A stretch of 64,000 nucleotides of DNA, taken from Syntrophorhabdaceae bacterium. Its GTDB lineage: Bacteria; Desulfobacterota; Syntrophorhabdia; Syntrophorhabdales; Syntrophorhabdaceae. This document shows positions 44,317 to 54,432 of the stretch, in pieces. How positions within the stretch are numbered: position 1 is the first letter of the stretch; the number at the start of each line of letters is the position of its first letter. The DNA lies in assembly GCA_963665295.1 (NCBI GenBank), contig OY762209.1:4768001-4832000 (forward strand), given 5' to 3'. A program made the translations under genes and the position numbers. The notes beneath the pieces are model-generated. The model was not told where the DNA came from. It did no database searches and worked only from the letters and a program-made list of their open reading frames with translations.

Positions 44317-47300
44317 GTGAATTCTAGGTCAAAACCAAAAGCACACGAGCCCGAAGAAACCCTCTCCGTAGTGGGAATAGGCGCCTCTGCGGGTGGTCTC
44401 TATTCCCTCGAGTGTTTTCTGTCGGCCTTGCCTGAAAAATTTAATTTTCCTGTCGTTTTCGTGCAGCACCTTCCGGCAACCCACAAGAACCTTCTGCCGG
44501 AGTTGCTCCGTGCGCGAAGGTCCGACCTCGAAATTGAGGAAGCGTCCGACGGACTCCCTCTCCTTCCGGGACGGCTTTACCTGGCTCCGGCGGCTAAAGA
44601 GATCACAATCGAAAAAGGGAAGTTGAAGATATCTCCTTACGCCGATGGCCATATCCACCTTCCCATCGATGAGTTCTTTGTCTCCCTCGCCCGATATACC
44701 CCTGAACGGGCCACTGCGGTCGTCTTCTCCGGGGCAGGCACCGACGGCGCCCTCGGGGCACAGACTCTCAGGGAGGCGGGCGGCACCGTGTTCGTTCAAG
44801 ACCCCGAGACCGCCGAATTCGGCGCAATGCCCCTTGCCGCGATAAGCGCGGGACAGGTGGACGGCGTGCTTTCGCCGCAGGATATCGCCCGGGAAATCGT
44901 CAGGCTTCATGGAGAAGGGGCCTTGTCCGGACCCGGCGGAGACCTCGTCACCGCCAGGGAACTCGAACCGTTTTTCGGACTCATCCATAAGAAGACAGGA
45001 TACCGGTTCAACCATTACAAAAAGAGTGTCGTGGCGAGAAGGATCAGGCGGCGCATGTACCTGCGCTCAGTCCCTTCAGTGAAAGACTACCTTGACATGG
45101 TAGCGCACAAAGAGGGGGAGGCGGCAATGCTCGCGGCGGACCTCATGATCGGCGTCACTTCCTTTTTCAGGGACCAACTCGCCTGGAAAGCCCTTCATCT
45201 CGACGTGACGCGAAAAATCATCGCCGAAGAGAGCGACGCCCCCATCCGGGTCTGGACGCCCGCGTGCGCAACAGGGGAAGAGGCGTACTCCATCGCCATG
45301 ATGCTGGAGCAGGAACTTGAACTGGCGGGTAGGATGAGGGAGGTGCAGGTCTTCGCCACGGACGTGAACGAACGGGCCCTCGATAAGGCCCGGGAAGGCG
45401 TATACCCGTCGGGGGTGACTGCCGACGTCCCGGCGGAGTACATGAAAGAGTTCTTCAGCGAGTCCGAAGACCACCTCTCGGTGGTCATAAACAAAGACCT
45501 TCGCCAAAAGGTGGTGTTTGCGAAACACGACATCCTCGTCGACCCGCCCTTTTCACGACTGGACCTCGTGATCTGTCGCAATCTTTTGATCTACCTGGAA
45601 ACGGAGGCCCAGGAAAAGTGTATGTCCATCTTTCACTATGCCCTGAAAGAGAATGGATACCTCTTCCTCGGAAATGCCGAATCTCCGGGCCGGGACACCA
45701 ACCTCTTTGCCGCCCTTCCCCACAAAAAGTGCCGCGTCTACCGGAAGATGGAGGTCAAACCGCCCACGAAACTGCCGTTCCCGCCCGCTTTTGCCGCCGA
45801 ACAGTCCCCTCTCCTCTTTTCAGGTCCCCAAAAAAGCGTGGATTCCCGGCAATCGGCGGTACTCTTTATCCAGAATGCATTACTTGAAGAATACGCGCCG
45901 GCGGCCGTGGCCATAAATGGCGACTATGATATCGTGTATCTTAACGGCCCGACGCACAGATTTCTGCGCCAGCCCCGGGGGGTCCCCACCCTCAACTTGC
46001 TTGAGCTTCTTCATGAAAGACTCAGGAACCGGATCCGTGCGGCGGTTTACCGCGTAGTCCAGGAGAAAAAGCCTGTGTCGGTCCGTACCGGTATCCCTGA
46101 CGACGGAGGGAGGAGAAGACCGGTGACGATCCGCGTTTCAGGGCTGAAAGAAAACCTTCTTCTCATAGTCTTCCGCGAAAAGAACGGTGTGCCGGGGCAG
46201 GAAGACGCACTCTCCCTGGAGGCCACCGCTGTTGAAGAGACCGCGATGCGACAACTCGAAAACGAGCTATCCACGACACGCGATGACCTTCGAAGCAACA
46301 TTGAGCAACTACGGAGCCTCAATGAGGAACTGCATTCGTCGAATGAGGAACTTCAGGCGGCCAACGAAGAACTCGAGACATCAAGGGAAGAACTTCAGTC
46401 CCTGAATGAGGAGCTGATTACGGTAAATGCTCAGCTCCAGGCGAAGATCGAGGAACAGGAAGCGACTAATAACGACCTGAACAACTTCCTCGCGAGCGCG
46501 GATATTCCCACGATTTTCCTCGATCACCGGCTGCGGGTGCGCCGTTTTACCCCTGCCATGACGAGGTTGATCAAACTTGTCCCCCGGGATGCGGGACGTC
46601 CGATCAGCGACTTTTCACAGGAGAACCTCGGGGGTGACATCGTCCGGGATGCGGGGTCGGTACTCGAGCATCTTTCACCCGTCAGGAAGGAACTACAGAT
46701 CGGCGGCGTATGGTACGTCCGTACTGCCCTCCCGTACCGCACCTCTGACAACCGGATAGAGGGCGTGGTTATTTCCTTTGCGGACATAACGGAAAGCAAG
46801 CTGGCAGAAGAGAACACTCGACATCTCGCGTCTTTCCCCAGCATGAACCCGAACCCCGTGATAGAGATCGATGCCGGCGGCAAAGTGATCTTCCACAACC
46901 CGGCGACAGACAGGATACTCGAGGATCTCGGAATGAGCAAAGACAGCGTGGAGGTCTTCTTTCCCCACGATCTGAAGGATATCTTCCGGAACTGGGACGG
47001 TAAGCAGGGAACAAACCTTCTCCGCACGGTGAAGATAAAGGACCGTATCTTCGGTGAGTCCGTTTTCCTTCACCCCGGGTCTTCCGTGGCGCGGATCTAC
47101 GCCTTCGAGGTCACCGAACGGGAGCGTGCGGAAGAGGCGCTGAGGCAAAACGAAAAGCGGATGAACGCCGCCCAGGAAATAGCCCATCTCGGGGGTTGGG
47201 AGCTTGACCTCGTGAGCAACCACCTTTCCTGGTCGGACGAGGTATACCGTATCTTCGGTTTTACACCCGGGGAATTCGATGCCACCTACGAGGCATTTCT

Positions 47301-49956
47301 CGAAGTGGTGCACCCCGACGACCGGGCCGTCGTCTACGAAGCCTATTCCCGCTCTCTCAGGGAGGGGAGGGATACCTACGAAATCGAGCACCGTGTGATA
47401 AGGAGGTCGGACGGCGAGGTACGCATCGTCCATGAAAAATGCGAACACGTCCGCGACGGGTCCGGCCGCATTATCAAGTCTATCGGGATGGTGCACGATA
47501 TCACGGAGGCCAAGCAAGGAGAGGAAATCCTCAGGAAAAGTCTCGAAAGACTCGACATTATTTCGAGCACGGCAAGTCAGCTCCTTATGAGCCGGGAGCC
47601 GCAGAAGATCGTCGAGTCCCTGTGCCGGAGAGTCATGGAACACCTCGACTGCCATGCCTTTTTCAACTACCTTGTAGATGAAGGGGGCGGTTATCTCACT
47701 CTCAATGCATACGCCGGGATCCCGGAAGAAAATGCGCGGGAGATACATGTTCTCACCTTCGGGACCGCGGTGTGCGGATGCGCGGCGAGGGATGCGTGCA
47801 GGATCGTTGCCGAGCACATCCCTACCACGCCCGACATAAGGACCGACCTCGTCCGTTCCTTCGGCATCAAGGCCTACGCATGCCACCCTCTTCTCATCGA
47901 AGGACAGGTTATCGGGACCCTTTCATTCGGCACAAAGACGCGGCTTACCTTCGAGGAGGACGAACTCTCCCTCATGAAGAACGTAGCAGATCAGGTAGCC
48001 ACCGCCATGGAGCGCATGAAGCTCCTCCATTCCCAGAAGGAACGGGCGGACGAACTGCAGAGGCGGGTTGAGGAGAGAACCGCCGAACTGGCCCGGCAGG
48101 CAGGCCTCCTGGACCTCGCACACGACGCCATAATCGTAAGGGACGAAGACGGCAGGATCGGCTTCTGGAGTTCAGGCGCGGAAGACACCTATGGCTGGAC
48201 CAGAGAAGAAGCGCTCGGCAGGATTACCCACACGCTCCTCGAGACGAGGTTTCCCTTCCCTCTCACGGAGATTGATAACATTATCCGCACAAAAGGCCGT
48301 TGGGAAGGAGAACTCAGACATACCACGAAGGCCGGGAAACGCATTGTCGTGCTCAGCCGGTGGGCGGTAAGGCCTGGCGTGACCCCGGGGTCACACGAGA
48401 TTATGGAGATAAACTGCGACATTACCGACCGCAAGCACGCTGAAGAGATCCTTCGTGTGGCGGGTGAATATAACAGGAGTCTTCTTGAAGTAAGCCTCGA
48501 CCCCCTTGTCACCATCGACCGCGAGGGCAGAATCAGCGATGTCAATAAGGCCACGGAGAACGTAACCGGATATTCCAGGGAAGTCCTCATCGGCAAGGAC
48601 TTTTCCGACTACTTCACCGACCCTGAAAAGGCAAAGGCCAGCTACGAACTGGCGTTCAGGGAAGGACTTGTCCGGGACTACGAACTTTCGATCCGCCATC
48701 AGGACGGACATGTAACGCCGGTCTTTTACAATGCCTCCGTTTACAAGGACGCTTCAGGCAAGGTGGCGGGCGTGTTCGCGGCAGCCCGGGACGTCACCGA
48801 ACAGCGCCGTCTCGAAGAACACCTGCGACAATCGCATAAAATGGAAGCCATCGGCACCCTGGCGGGAGGCATCGCCCACGATTTCAATAATATCCTGGCC
48901 TCGATCCTGGGTTATACCGAAATGGCCGTGGAAGATGTGCCGGACCGTCCCGAGGTGGAAAAAAACCTCCGGAATGTGCTGAAATCGGCGGTCAGGGCGC
49001 GGGACCTCGTGAAACAGATACTCGCCTTCAGCCGGAAGAGCGATGAAGTGAGGAACCCCTTGTCCTTGTCACCCCTCATCGAGGAGACGGTGCAGTTCCT
49101 CAGGGCTTCGATTCCTACCACCATCGACATAAGGCTCGGGATGAGCGCGGGATCGGACACCGTCGTTGCATCGCCTACTGAAGTGCACCAGATACTCATG
49201 AACCTCTGCACCAACGCAGCCTCCGCCATGGAAGAAGGGGGCGGAGTTCTCGATATCAGCCTCGCCGGCATCGAATTCGGGCTCGATCCGACCTATCCCG
49301 GCCTCAACATACTGCCCGGGAAGTATGTCCGGCTCTCGGTAAGGGACACGGGCGCCGGCATGACCAAGGACATAATCAAGAGGGTATTCGAGCCGTTTTT
49401 CACCACCAAGGAAGTGGGCCGGGGTACAGGAATGGGTCTTGCGGTAGTCTACGGAATCGTGAAGGATTTGCATGGAGCCATCACCGTCGAGAGCGAACCC
49501 GGGACCGGTTCCGTCTTCCACGTATTTCTCCCCCTTGTGGAAGCCCACGTGGAAGAGGAGCATGGAGGCGCCGACGGCGTTCCCCGGGGCAGTGAGAGAA
49601 TCCTTTTTGTCGACGACGAGGACCTTCTTATGGAATGGGGGCAGGCAACCCTGGAACGGCTCGGCTATAAAGTGACGACGACCGCGGGCAGCGCCGAGGC
49701 CCTTGCCGTCTTTTCCAAGGACCCGTCCCGGTTCGACCTCGTGATCACCGATCAGACCATGCCTGTCATGACCGGGGTGCAACTGGCCGCCCGGATATTA
49801 TCCATGAGAAGCGACGTCCCGATTATCCTCTGTACAGGACACAGCGAAACGGTTTCGCCCGATCAGGCGAAGACCATGGGGATTCGCGAGTTCCTCATGA
49901 AACCCGTCACCAGGCAGGAGCTTGCCCATGCAGTCCGGCGGGCCCTCGACCGGTAG
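44317..49956 (+). CDS. CheB-CheR-PAS(n)-GAF-PAS hybrid histidine kinase with receiver domain
   Basis: CheB: GASAGG, VQHL, SGAGTDG. CheR: VTSFFRD, ACATGEEAYS, CRNLLIY. EELQAANEELETSREELQSLNEEL coil, several PAS/PAC, GAF, H-box AHDFNNIL, GTGMGL, REC DLVITDQTMP. Probable GTG start at 44317 after GGAGG; the ORF is open from 44158. Confidence 0.92.
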   Translation: MNSRSKPKAHEPEETLSVVGIGASAGGLYSLECFLSALPEKFNFPVVFVQHLPATHKNLLPELLRARRSDLEIEEASDGLPLLPGRLYLAPAAKEITIEKGKLKISPYADGHIHLPIDEFFVSLARYTPERATAVVFSGAGTDGALGAQTLREAGGTVFVQDPETAEFGAMPLAAISAGQVDGVLSPQDIAREIVRLHGEGALSGPGGDLVTARELEPFFGLIHKKTGYRFNHYKKSVVARRIRRRMYLRSVPSVKDYLDMVAHKEGEAAMLAADLMIGVTSFFRDQLAWKALHLDVTRKIIAEESDAPIRVWTPACATGEEAYSIAMMLEQELELAGRMREVQVFATDVNERALDKAREGVYPSGVTADVPAEYMKEFFSESEDHLSVVINKDLRQKVVFAKHDILVDPPFSRLDLVICRNLLIYLETEAQEKCMSIFHYALKENGYLFLGNAESPGRDTNLFAALPHKKCRVYRKMEVKPPTKLPFPPAFAAEQSPLLFSGPQKSVDSRQSAVLFIQNALLEEYAPAAVAINGDYDIVYLNGPTHRFLRQPRGVPTLNLLELLHERLRNRIRAAVYRVVQEKKPVSVRTGIPDDGGRRRPVTIRVSGLKENLLLIVFREKNGVPGQEDALSLEATAVEETAMRQLENELSTTRDDLRSNIEQLRSLNEELHSSNEELQAANEELETSREELQSLNEELITVNAQLQAKIEEQEATNNDLNNFLASADIPTIFLDHRLRVRRFTPAMTRLIKLVPRDAGRPISDFSQENLGGDIVRDAGSVLEHLSPVRKELQIGGVWYVRTALPYRTSDNRIEGVVISFADITESKLAEENTRHLASFPSMNPNPVIEIDAGGKVIFHNPATDRILEDLGMSKDSVEVFFPHDLKDIFRNWDGKQGTNLLRTVKIKDRIFGESVFLHPGSSVARIYAFEVTERERAEEALRQNEKRMNAAQEIAHLGGWELDLVSNHLSWSDEVYRIFGFTPGEFDATYEAFLEVVHPDDRAVVYEAYSRSLREGRDTYEIEHRVIRRSDGEVRIVHEKCEHVRDGSGRIIKSIGMVHDITEAKQGEEILRKSLERLDIISSTASQLLMSREPQKIVESLCRRVMEHLDCHAFFNYLVDEGGGYLTLNAYAGIPEENAREIHVLTFGTAVCGCAARDACRIVAEHIPTTPDIRTDLVRSFGIKAYACHPLLIEGQVIGTLSFGTKTRLTFEEDELSLMKNVADQVATAMERMKLLHSQKERADELQRRVEERTAELARQAGLLDLAHDAIIVRDEDGRIGFWSSGAEDTYGWTREEALGRITHTLLETRFPFPLTEIDNIIRTKGRWEGELRHTTKAGKRIVVLSRWAVRPGVTPGSHEIMEINCDITDRKHAEEILRVAGEYNRSLLEVSLDPLVTIDREGRISDVNKATENVTGYSREVLIGKDFSDYFTDPEKAKASYELAFREGLVRDYELSIRHQDGHVTPVFYNASVYKDASGKVAGVFAAARDVTEQRRLEEHLRQSHKMEAIGTLAGGIAHDFNNILASILGYTEMAVEDVPDRPEVEKNLRNVLKSAVRARDLVKQILAFSRKSDEVRNPLSLSPLIEETVQFLRASIPTTIDIRLGMSAGSDTVVASPTEVHQILMNLCTNAASAMEEGGGVLDISLAGIEFGLDPTYPGLNILPGKYVRLSVRDTGAGMTKDIIKRVFEPFFTTKEVGRGTGMGLAVVYGIVKDLHGAITVESEPGTGSVFHVFLPLVEAHVEEEHGGADGVPRGSERILFVDDEDLLMEWGQATLERLGYKVTTTAGSAEALAVFSKDPSRFDLVITDQTMPVMTGVQLAARILSMRSDVPIILCTGHSETVSPDQAKTMGIREFLMKPVTRQELAHAVRRALDR

Positions 49957-50087
49957 AAGTTCCTCCCTTTTCCGTGAAAAGGACCGGAGCGGCACATGGC
50001 ACACGACGCAACAAGCCGGGCATTCATTAATATGAGGGATGATTTCGGCAGGCTGCCCTGAAAGGGGCGGCGGACAAGAGTACACAG

Positions 50088-50120
50088 AGGGGCCGTCCGC
50101 GTCGATCGCGGACGGCCCCT
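50088..50120. terminator. Hairpin between the convergent kinase and glutamate-synthase-like operon
   Basis: Perfect 14-bp stem AGGGGCCGTCCGCG-TCGAT-CGCGGACGGCCCCT. Confidence 0.65.
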
Positions 50121-50176
50121 GACTATCACCACGATCCAGAGGAAAGTCCGGCATTCGCTCTCCCGGTCTATTTCTT

Positions 50177-52834
50177 TTACTCCTCCTCGTCCCACTCCTC
50201 ATTCATCACCAAAGCGGTGGTGCCGCCGGCGAGGACCGACAGTTTTACTGCCCCAATGGTGCGATAGACTTCGCTTGGGCTCCGTTTCCTGCCGTCCACC
50301 ATGAGGAGGTGGTCTTCAATGGATACGCCGAGGAGGCGTTCGTTCTCTCTCAAATAAGGTAGTATCAACTCCCAGTCTTTATCGTCAAAAGGCATTATCT
50401 GTCCTCCGTTCAACTGCTCCTGAACGATCGTCCCGTGAGGGTCGCGGACAAATATCGCCCCTCCCGAGGCGAGGGAGAAGAGGTTGGAGCCCGGGTACGG
50501 CGTATCGAGGGGGATCACCTTCCCGTCGTCCCCAAAGGTGAGACCGTTCAGGATCACGAAGCCGCCGCCGTTGTATGGGTCTCCCGCCATAAACGATTCC
50601 GCGAGGAAATCGAGGGCCGTGCCGTTAATCACGACTCTGGGCTTGCCGGCGGCATTGATGAGCGGACGCCCCGCCGCATTGCCGAGCACATAGACTTCTC
50701 CGCCCTTGGCCCCGTACATGAACGTCTGGCCCACGTCGCCGTACACGACGAGTTTGCCCGACTTGAGTATCTGTCCAAGTTGGTCCTGGGCGTTGCCGTG
50801 GACATGTATCTCAAGGCCGTCGATACCTGATGCAAGGTAGTCGCCGGTGGAATCGAAGGCATCGATGCGCACACCCGTAGAGTTGGGACCGAATCCGCAA
50901 CCCAGAAAGCGCTGTCCCCGATGGCCGAAACATATGAACCGTTTCCACCCTAGCTTATAGGCATTGGATATAAGGCTTGCAAAGGAATCATCGCCTTCCG
51001 GCGGAAATTTGCCTGCGTCGGCCACAAGCACCCGCTCACCCGACTCGGGAGCCCTGAGCGCAAGGCGACTGTCCCAATCGATCCGCCGTCCGTAAAGCAC
51101 GGCTCCCTTTGCATCGATCAGGGGAATCGCCCTGAAGATCGAATCGAGGGTGTTCGAAACCATCTGCAGCACCGACCTCCGTCTCTTGCTCCCAAGAGAA
51201 TAGCGCCTGTCGAGAAGACGGGAAAGAAGGCCGATTACCGGGCCTTTCAGATCATCCTCTTCCGCAAGGGCGGTGAGAAGGTCGAGGAACGTATAAAATC
51301 TTGAATAATCCCACTTCGCAAACCCCTCTTTCAAGTCGCTGAAGAGTTTTTCCGTGTTCTTCTTTGACAATTCCCTTACGATCGTCCTCAAGTTGTCTAC
51401 ATGGAAAGTAGGCGTACGAGGCAGCTCCGTGCGAAAATCATGAGGCGTCTGGTCTTTCGGGACATCGATGGCGCGTCCGAATTTGTCCGTGCACGTAAGG
51501 TCCATCTTGCCGGGCATCGACTCCTTCACGGTAAAGATGAACGCGCCGCCGTCCGTATAGCTCCCGCCGCGGGCGTTCCAGTATCTGTCGGCCACGGTCC
51601 CGAAACGGGGATCTTCTTCCGCAAGACTCGCGAGGGTGGCATCTAATGCCTGCTTTTCCGAGCAGATAAGACCTATCTCCACTTCACCCTTTTGAAGGGC
51701 GAAGACCTGGGGCCTCAGCATCGCCGTATCGGTGATACCGATGAGCTGGTACTGTTTGTTCTGAACATCCGTGCGGGCAATGATAAAGAACCATGGTCCG
51801 TCGGGAGAACCGTGGATATGGGCCGCCTGGATCTGTCTGTAGATGGGTTGTTTTTCCCGGGGAAGGTGATCGAAGTCCATCTCTCCCGTAGGTGCAAGGG
51901 CTTCGATGATATATTCCAAGGGATAACCGTAGACCCTGTTCAAAAGGTCGAATACCTGCACGGAAACCTCCGTATCCGTGAGGAACAGGGGATAGACGTT
52001 CCGTTGTTTCAAATATTCGGAAACCGAATAATAGTTCGCGAAGTCTCCATTGTGCACCAGGGCCTCGTCGAGCCCGATGAAGGGATGGGCGCCGCCCGGA
52101 TGCCACACGCGGCCTTTCGTCGGATAGCGCTGGTGAGCTATCCATATATGGGCATCGAAGTTCTCAAGTTTGTAGTACTGCGCCACCTGTTCGGCATAAC
52201 CCACGATCTTGAGTATCATCATGTTCCTGCCGTGAGAAAGGACGAAGGCTCTCTTTTCGCCAAGGGCGCTGTAAAGGTTCAGATTCAATTGGTACGTATT
52301 CTGATAGACGAACTCTTCTTCCGCCTTGTAATCGGGAAGCATCTCAAGGCGCCGCTCCTTCTTGAAGGCGGCGAGGACTTCGGGTTTTACCCTCACAAAA
52401 TACCGTTTCACCTGGGGGGGCTTCATTTCGAGGCCCGGCACATCCCTGTAGTCATCCACTGTTTCGATGAAGGATTCATGGTCAACCCGGAAGAAAGGCC
52501 TGATAAAGCGCGCTTCAAGCTCGGGCACCACTGTTTCATCGAGGAGCGCTATCTGAAGAAGAAAATCATTGTCGAGTATCTCCCGGCTTACCCCGAGTTT
52601 TTCGGGAGTGAGTCCTACTGCCGAGAGACCCCCGCCCTTACCGTTTCCCCTGTTGTGCATCTGTATGGAGGGCTCGATGATGTGACGACCGCTCACGGGG
52701 ATGTTACAAACAAAACCGGTAACCCCGCATCCACCTTCTTCCGCCTCTATGCCGGCCTGTTTTACACGTGCTTCAGCGTCCCGGAAGTGGTAGCGCGCAT
52801 CTATTATTGCTTCTCTTATGCTTCTCTGTTTCAT
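50177..52834 (-). CDS. Glutamate synthase-like subunit: class II (Ntn) glutamine amidotransferase plus C-terminal GXGXG domain
   Basis: EEGG-CGVTGF nucleophile after a ~35-aa leader, HNRG, AHQRYPT, AHPF, HNGDFAN, TDTE. GXGXG motifs GQRFLGCG, GNAQDQLG, GDVGQTFMYGAKGG. Confidence 0.85.
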   Translation of the reverse strand: MKQRSIREAIIDARYHFRDAEARVKQAGIEAEEGGCGVTGFVCNIPVSGRHIIEPSIQMHNRGNGKGGGLSAVGLTPEKLGVSREILDNDFLLQIALLDETVVPELEARFIRPFFRVDHESFIETVDDYRDVPGLEMKPPQVKRYFVRVKPEVLAAFKKERRLEMLPDYKAEEEFVYQNTYQLNLNLYSALGEKRAFVLSHGRNMMILKIVGYAEQVAQYYKLENFDAHIWIAHQRYPTKGRVWHPGGAHPFIGLDEALVHNGDFANYYSVSEYLKQRNVYPLFLTDTEVSVQVFDLLNRVYGYPLEYIIEALAPTGEMDFDHLPREKQPIYRQIQAAHIHGSPDGPWFFIIARTDVQNKQYQLIGITDTAMLRPQVFALQKGEVEIGLICSEKQALDATLASLAEEDPRFGTVADRYWNARGGSYTDGGAFIFTVKESMPGKMDLTCTDKFGRAIDVPKDQTPHDFRTELPRTPTFHVDNLRTIVRELSKKNTEKLFSDLKEGFAKWDYSRFYTFLDLLTALAEEDDLKGPVIGLLSRLLDRRYSLGSKRRRSVLQMVSNTLDSIFRAIPLIDAKGAVLYGRRIDWDSRLALRAPESGERVLVADAGKFPPEGDDSFASLISNAYKLGWKRFICFGHRGQRFLGCGFGPNSTGVRIDAFDSTGDYLASGIDGLEIHVHGNAQDQLGQILKSGKLVVYGDVGQTFMYGAKGGEVYVLGNAAGRPLINAAGKPRVVINGTALDFLAESFMAGDPYNGGGFVILNGLTFGDDGKVIPLDTPYPGSNLFSLASGGAIFVRDPHGTIVQEQLNGGQIMPFDDKDWELILPYLRENERLLGVSIEDHLLMVDGRKRSPSEVYRTIGAVKLSVLAGGTTALVMNEEWDEEE

Positions 52835-52907
52835 ATCAAGACCTCATTTTCTTGGGGTAGAGCTTTCTCATTCAGTGCACGGCGCGGAATGCAAAACATT
52901 GTCCGCT

Positions 52908-54428
52908 CTAGATGTCCAGTTCCCCGTCTATCTCTTCCTTCTTTATGTAGTCAAGATGGGCGATTACATCAAAACGCCCCGTCAATTCCGTAACGCTCTT
53001 CATACCAAACCGCTTGAGGATGGAGACAAGCTGTCTGCGCCACACCGTGTACATATTGATGATACGCTGTGTTGCCCATTCCAGGTTCATGAGACCCGTG
53101 AGCCCTTCATCCGTAGTGGCAATCCCGCGGGCGCATCCCCGGCCCGACTCGCAGTGGTGACAGCGAATGCATTCAAGGGCCACGAGATCGGCGGTCCCGA
53201 GACAGACGCCGTTGGCGCCCATGGCGATCGCTTTTGCAAGATCGTAAGCCGAGCGTATGCCGCCGCTCGCTATGATGGTTATATTGTCCCTTATACCCTC
53301 TTCGCAGAGAAACTTGTGTACTTTGGGGAGGGCATATTCGATAGGCATGGCGATATTCTTCTTCGCGATATCAGGGGCTGCCCCTGTTCCGCCGTAGCTT
53401 CCGTCGAGCTGCACGATATGTGCCCCCGCGTAGTAGCTTCCCACCGCAACCATGTCGACATCCGTGGGGGTCGAAACCTTCACGGACACGAGGGCGCGCG
53501 GGTTTGTCTCCTTTATCCAGTCCACATGTTTCTTGTGGTCTTCAACCGAGTAGACGCTGTGAAAGGGGAACGGCGAAAAAAGGGCGCTCCCGGGCACGGC
53601 CTCGCGCATGGCAGCCACGCGGGGCGTTACCTTATCGCCAAGAAGGTGGCCTCCCAGACCTGGTTTCGCGCCCTGGGCGTATTTGAATTCCACTATCCTC
53701 ACTCTTTTGATCGTCTCTTCTCTGACGCCGAAAAGGCCCGTTGCCACCTGGGTAATAATGTGGTCGTCATAGGGCATAAGCTCTTCAGGGTATCCGCCCT
53801 CGCCCGTACAGCAGAAGGTATTCAGAGCCGAAGCGGCTCTGACGCGGGAGAGCATGGTTACAATACTTACGGAACCGAAGGACATGCCGCCGAGATAAAA
53901 AGGAACCGGGATGGTAATCCTGGGTCGCGAATCTCCGGAACGGTTCAACTCGATGGCCGTCGAAATCTCTTCTTCCGCCACCGGGGCCTTGTCCTGGGTG
54001 GGAAAGATGAAACGAAGCTTGTCGAAGCCGCCGCCCGAATCACCGGTTTTATAGTTCAGGTCCTGGTGCGGAATATTCCCTGTTTCCGCCATATGCCAGG
54101 TACCCGCAAGAAGTTCTGCGGGCCACCGTCTGTCTCCGAGTATCTCGAAGGACGGATTAAGGCTCAGGTGTATGGCCTTCTCCGGGCATCTGGTCACGCA
54201 GTGAAAATCATTCTTGCTGCAGGGAAAACCAAGGCAGAGGTGGTCCAGCGCGGGCTTGGGTCTCTTCTTCCCGGCCCTGAAGACCCCGTGGGGACAAAGG
54301 TCCACACATAGTCCGCAGTTATTGCACGCCTTGCTCACCGCCACGCGATACTTGCCAAGGGCATTACGGAAGCGGCTCGGCACCGGCTTAATTTCAGGAA
54401 ATGTGAATGTTCGTGATTCGCTTGCCAT
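52908..54428 (-). CDS. Glutamate synthase FMN-binding (synthase) subunit with N-terminal ferredoxin domain
   Basis: CNNCGLCVDLCP, GGMSFGS, TGEGG, QVATG.FGV, EFKYAQGAKPGLGGHL, DGSYGGTGAAP, ASGGIR and CIRCHHCESGRGC motifs. Confidence 0.9.
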   Translation of the reverse strand: MASESRTFTFPEIKPVPSRFRNALGKYRVAVSKACNNCGLCVDLCPHGVFRAGKKRPKPALDHLCLGFPCSKNDFHCVTRCPEKAIHLSLNPSFEILGDRRWPAELLAGTWHMAETGNIPHQDLNYKTGDSGGGFDKLRFIFPTQDKAPVAEEEISTAIELNRSGDSRPRITIPVPFYLGGMSFGSVSIVTMLSRVRAASALNTFCCTGEGGYPEELMPYDDHIITQVATGLFGVREETIKRVRIVEFKYAQGAKPGLGGHLLGDKVTPRVAAMREAVPGSALFSPFPFHSVYSVEDHKKHVDWIKETNPRALVSVKVSTPTDVDMVAVGSYYAGAHIVQLDGSYGGTGAAPDIAKKNIAMPIEYALPKVHKFLCEEGIRDNITIIASGGIRSAYDLAKAIAMGANGVCLGTADLVALECIRCHHCESGRGCARGIATTDEGLTGLMNLEWATQRIINMYTVWRRQLVSILKRFGMKSVTELTGRFDVIAHLDYIKKEEIDGELDI

Positions 54429-54432
54429 TACA

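Noticed and set aside
51692..54311. 433-aa and 497-aa plus-strand ORFs
   Set aside because: Antisense shadows of the glutamate-synthase-like genes, with no recognisable domains.
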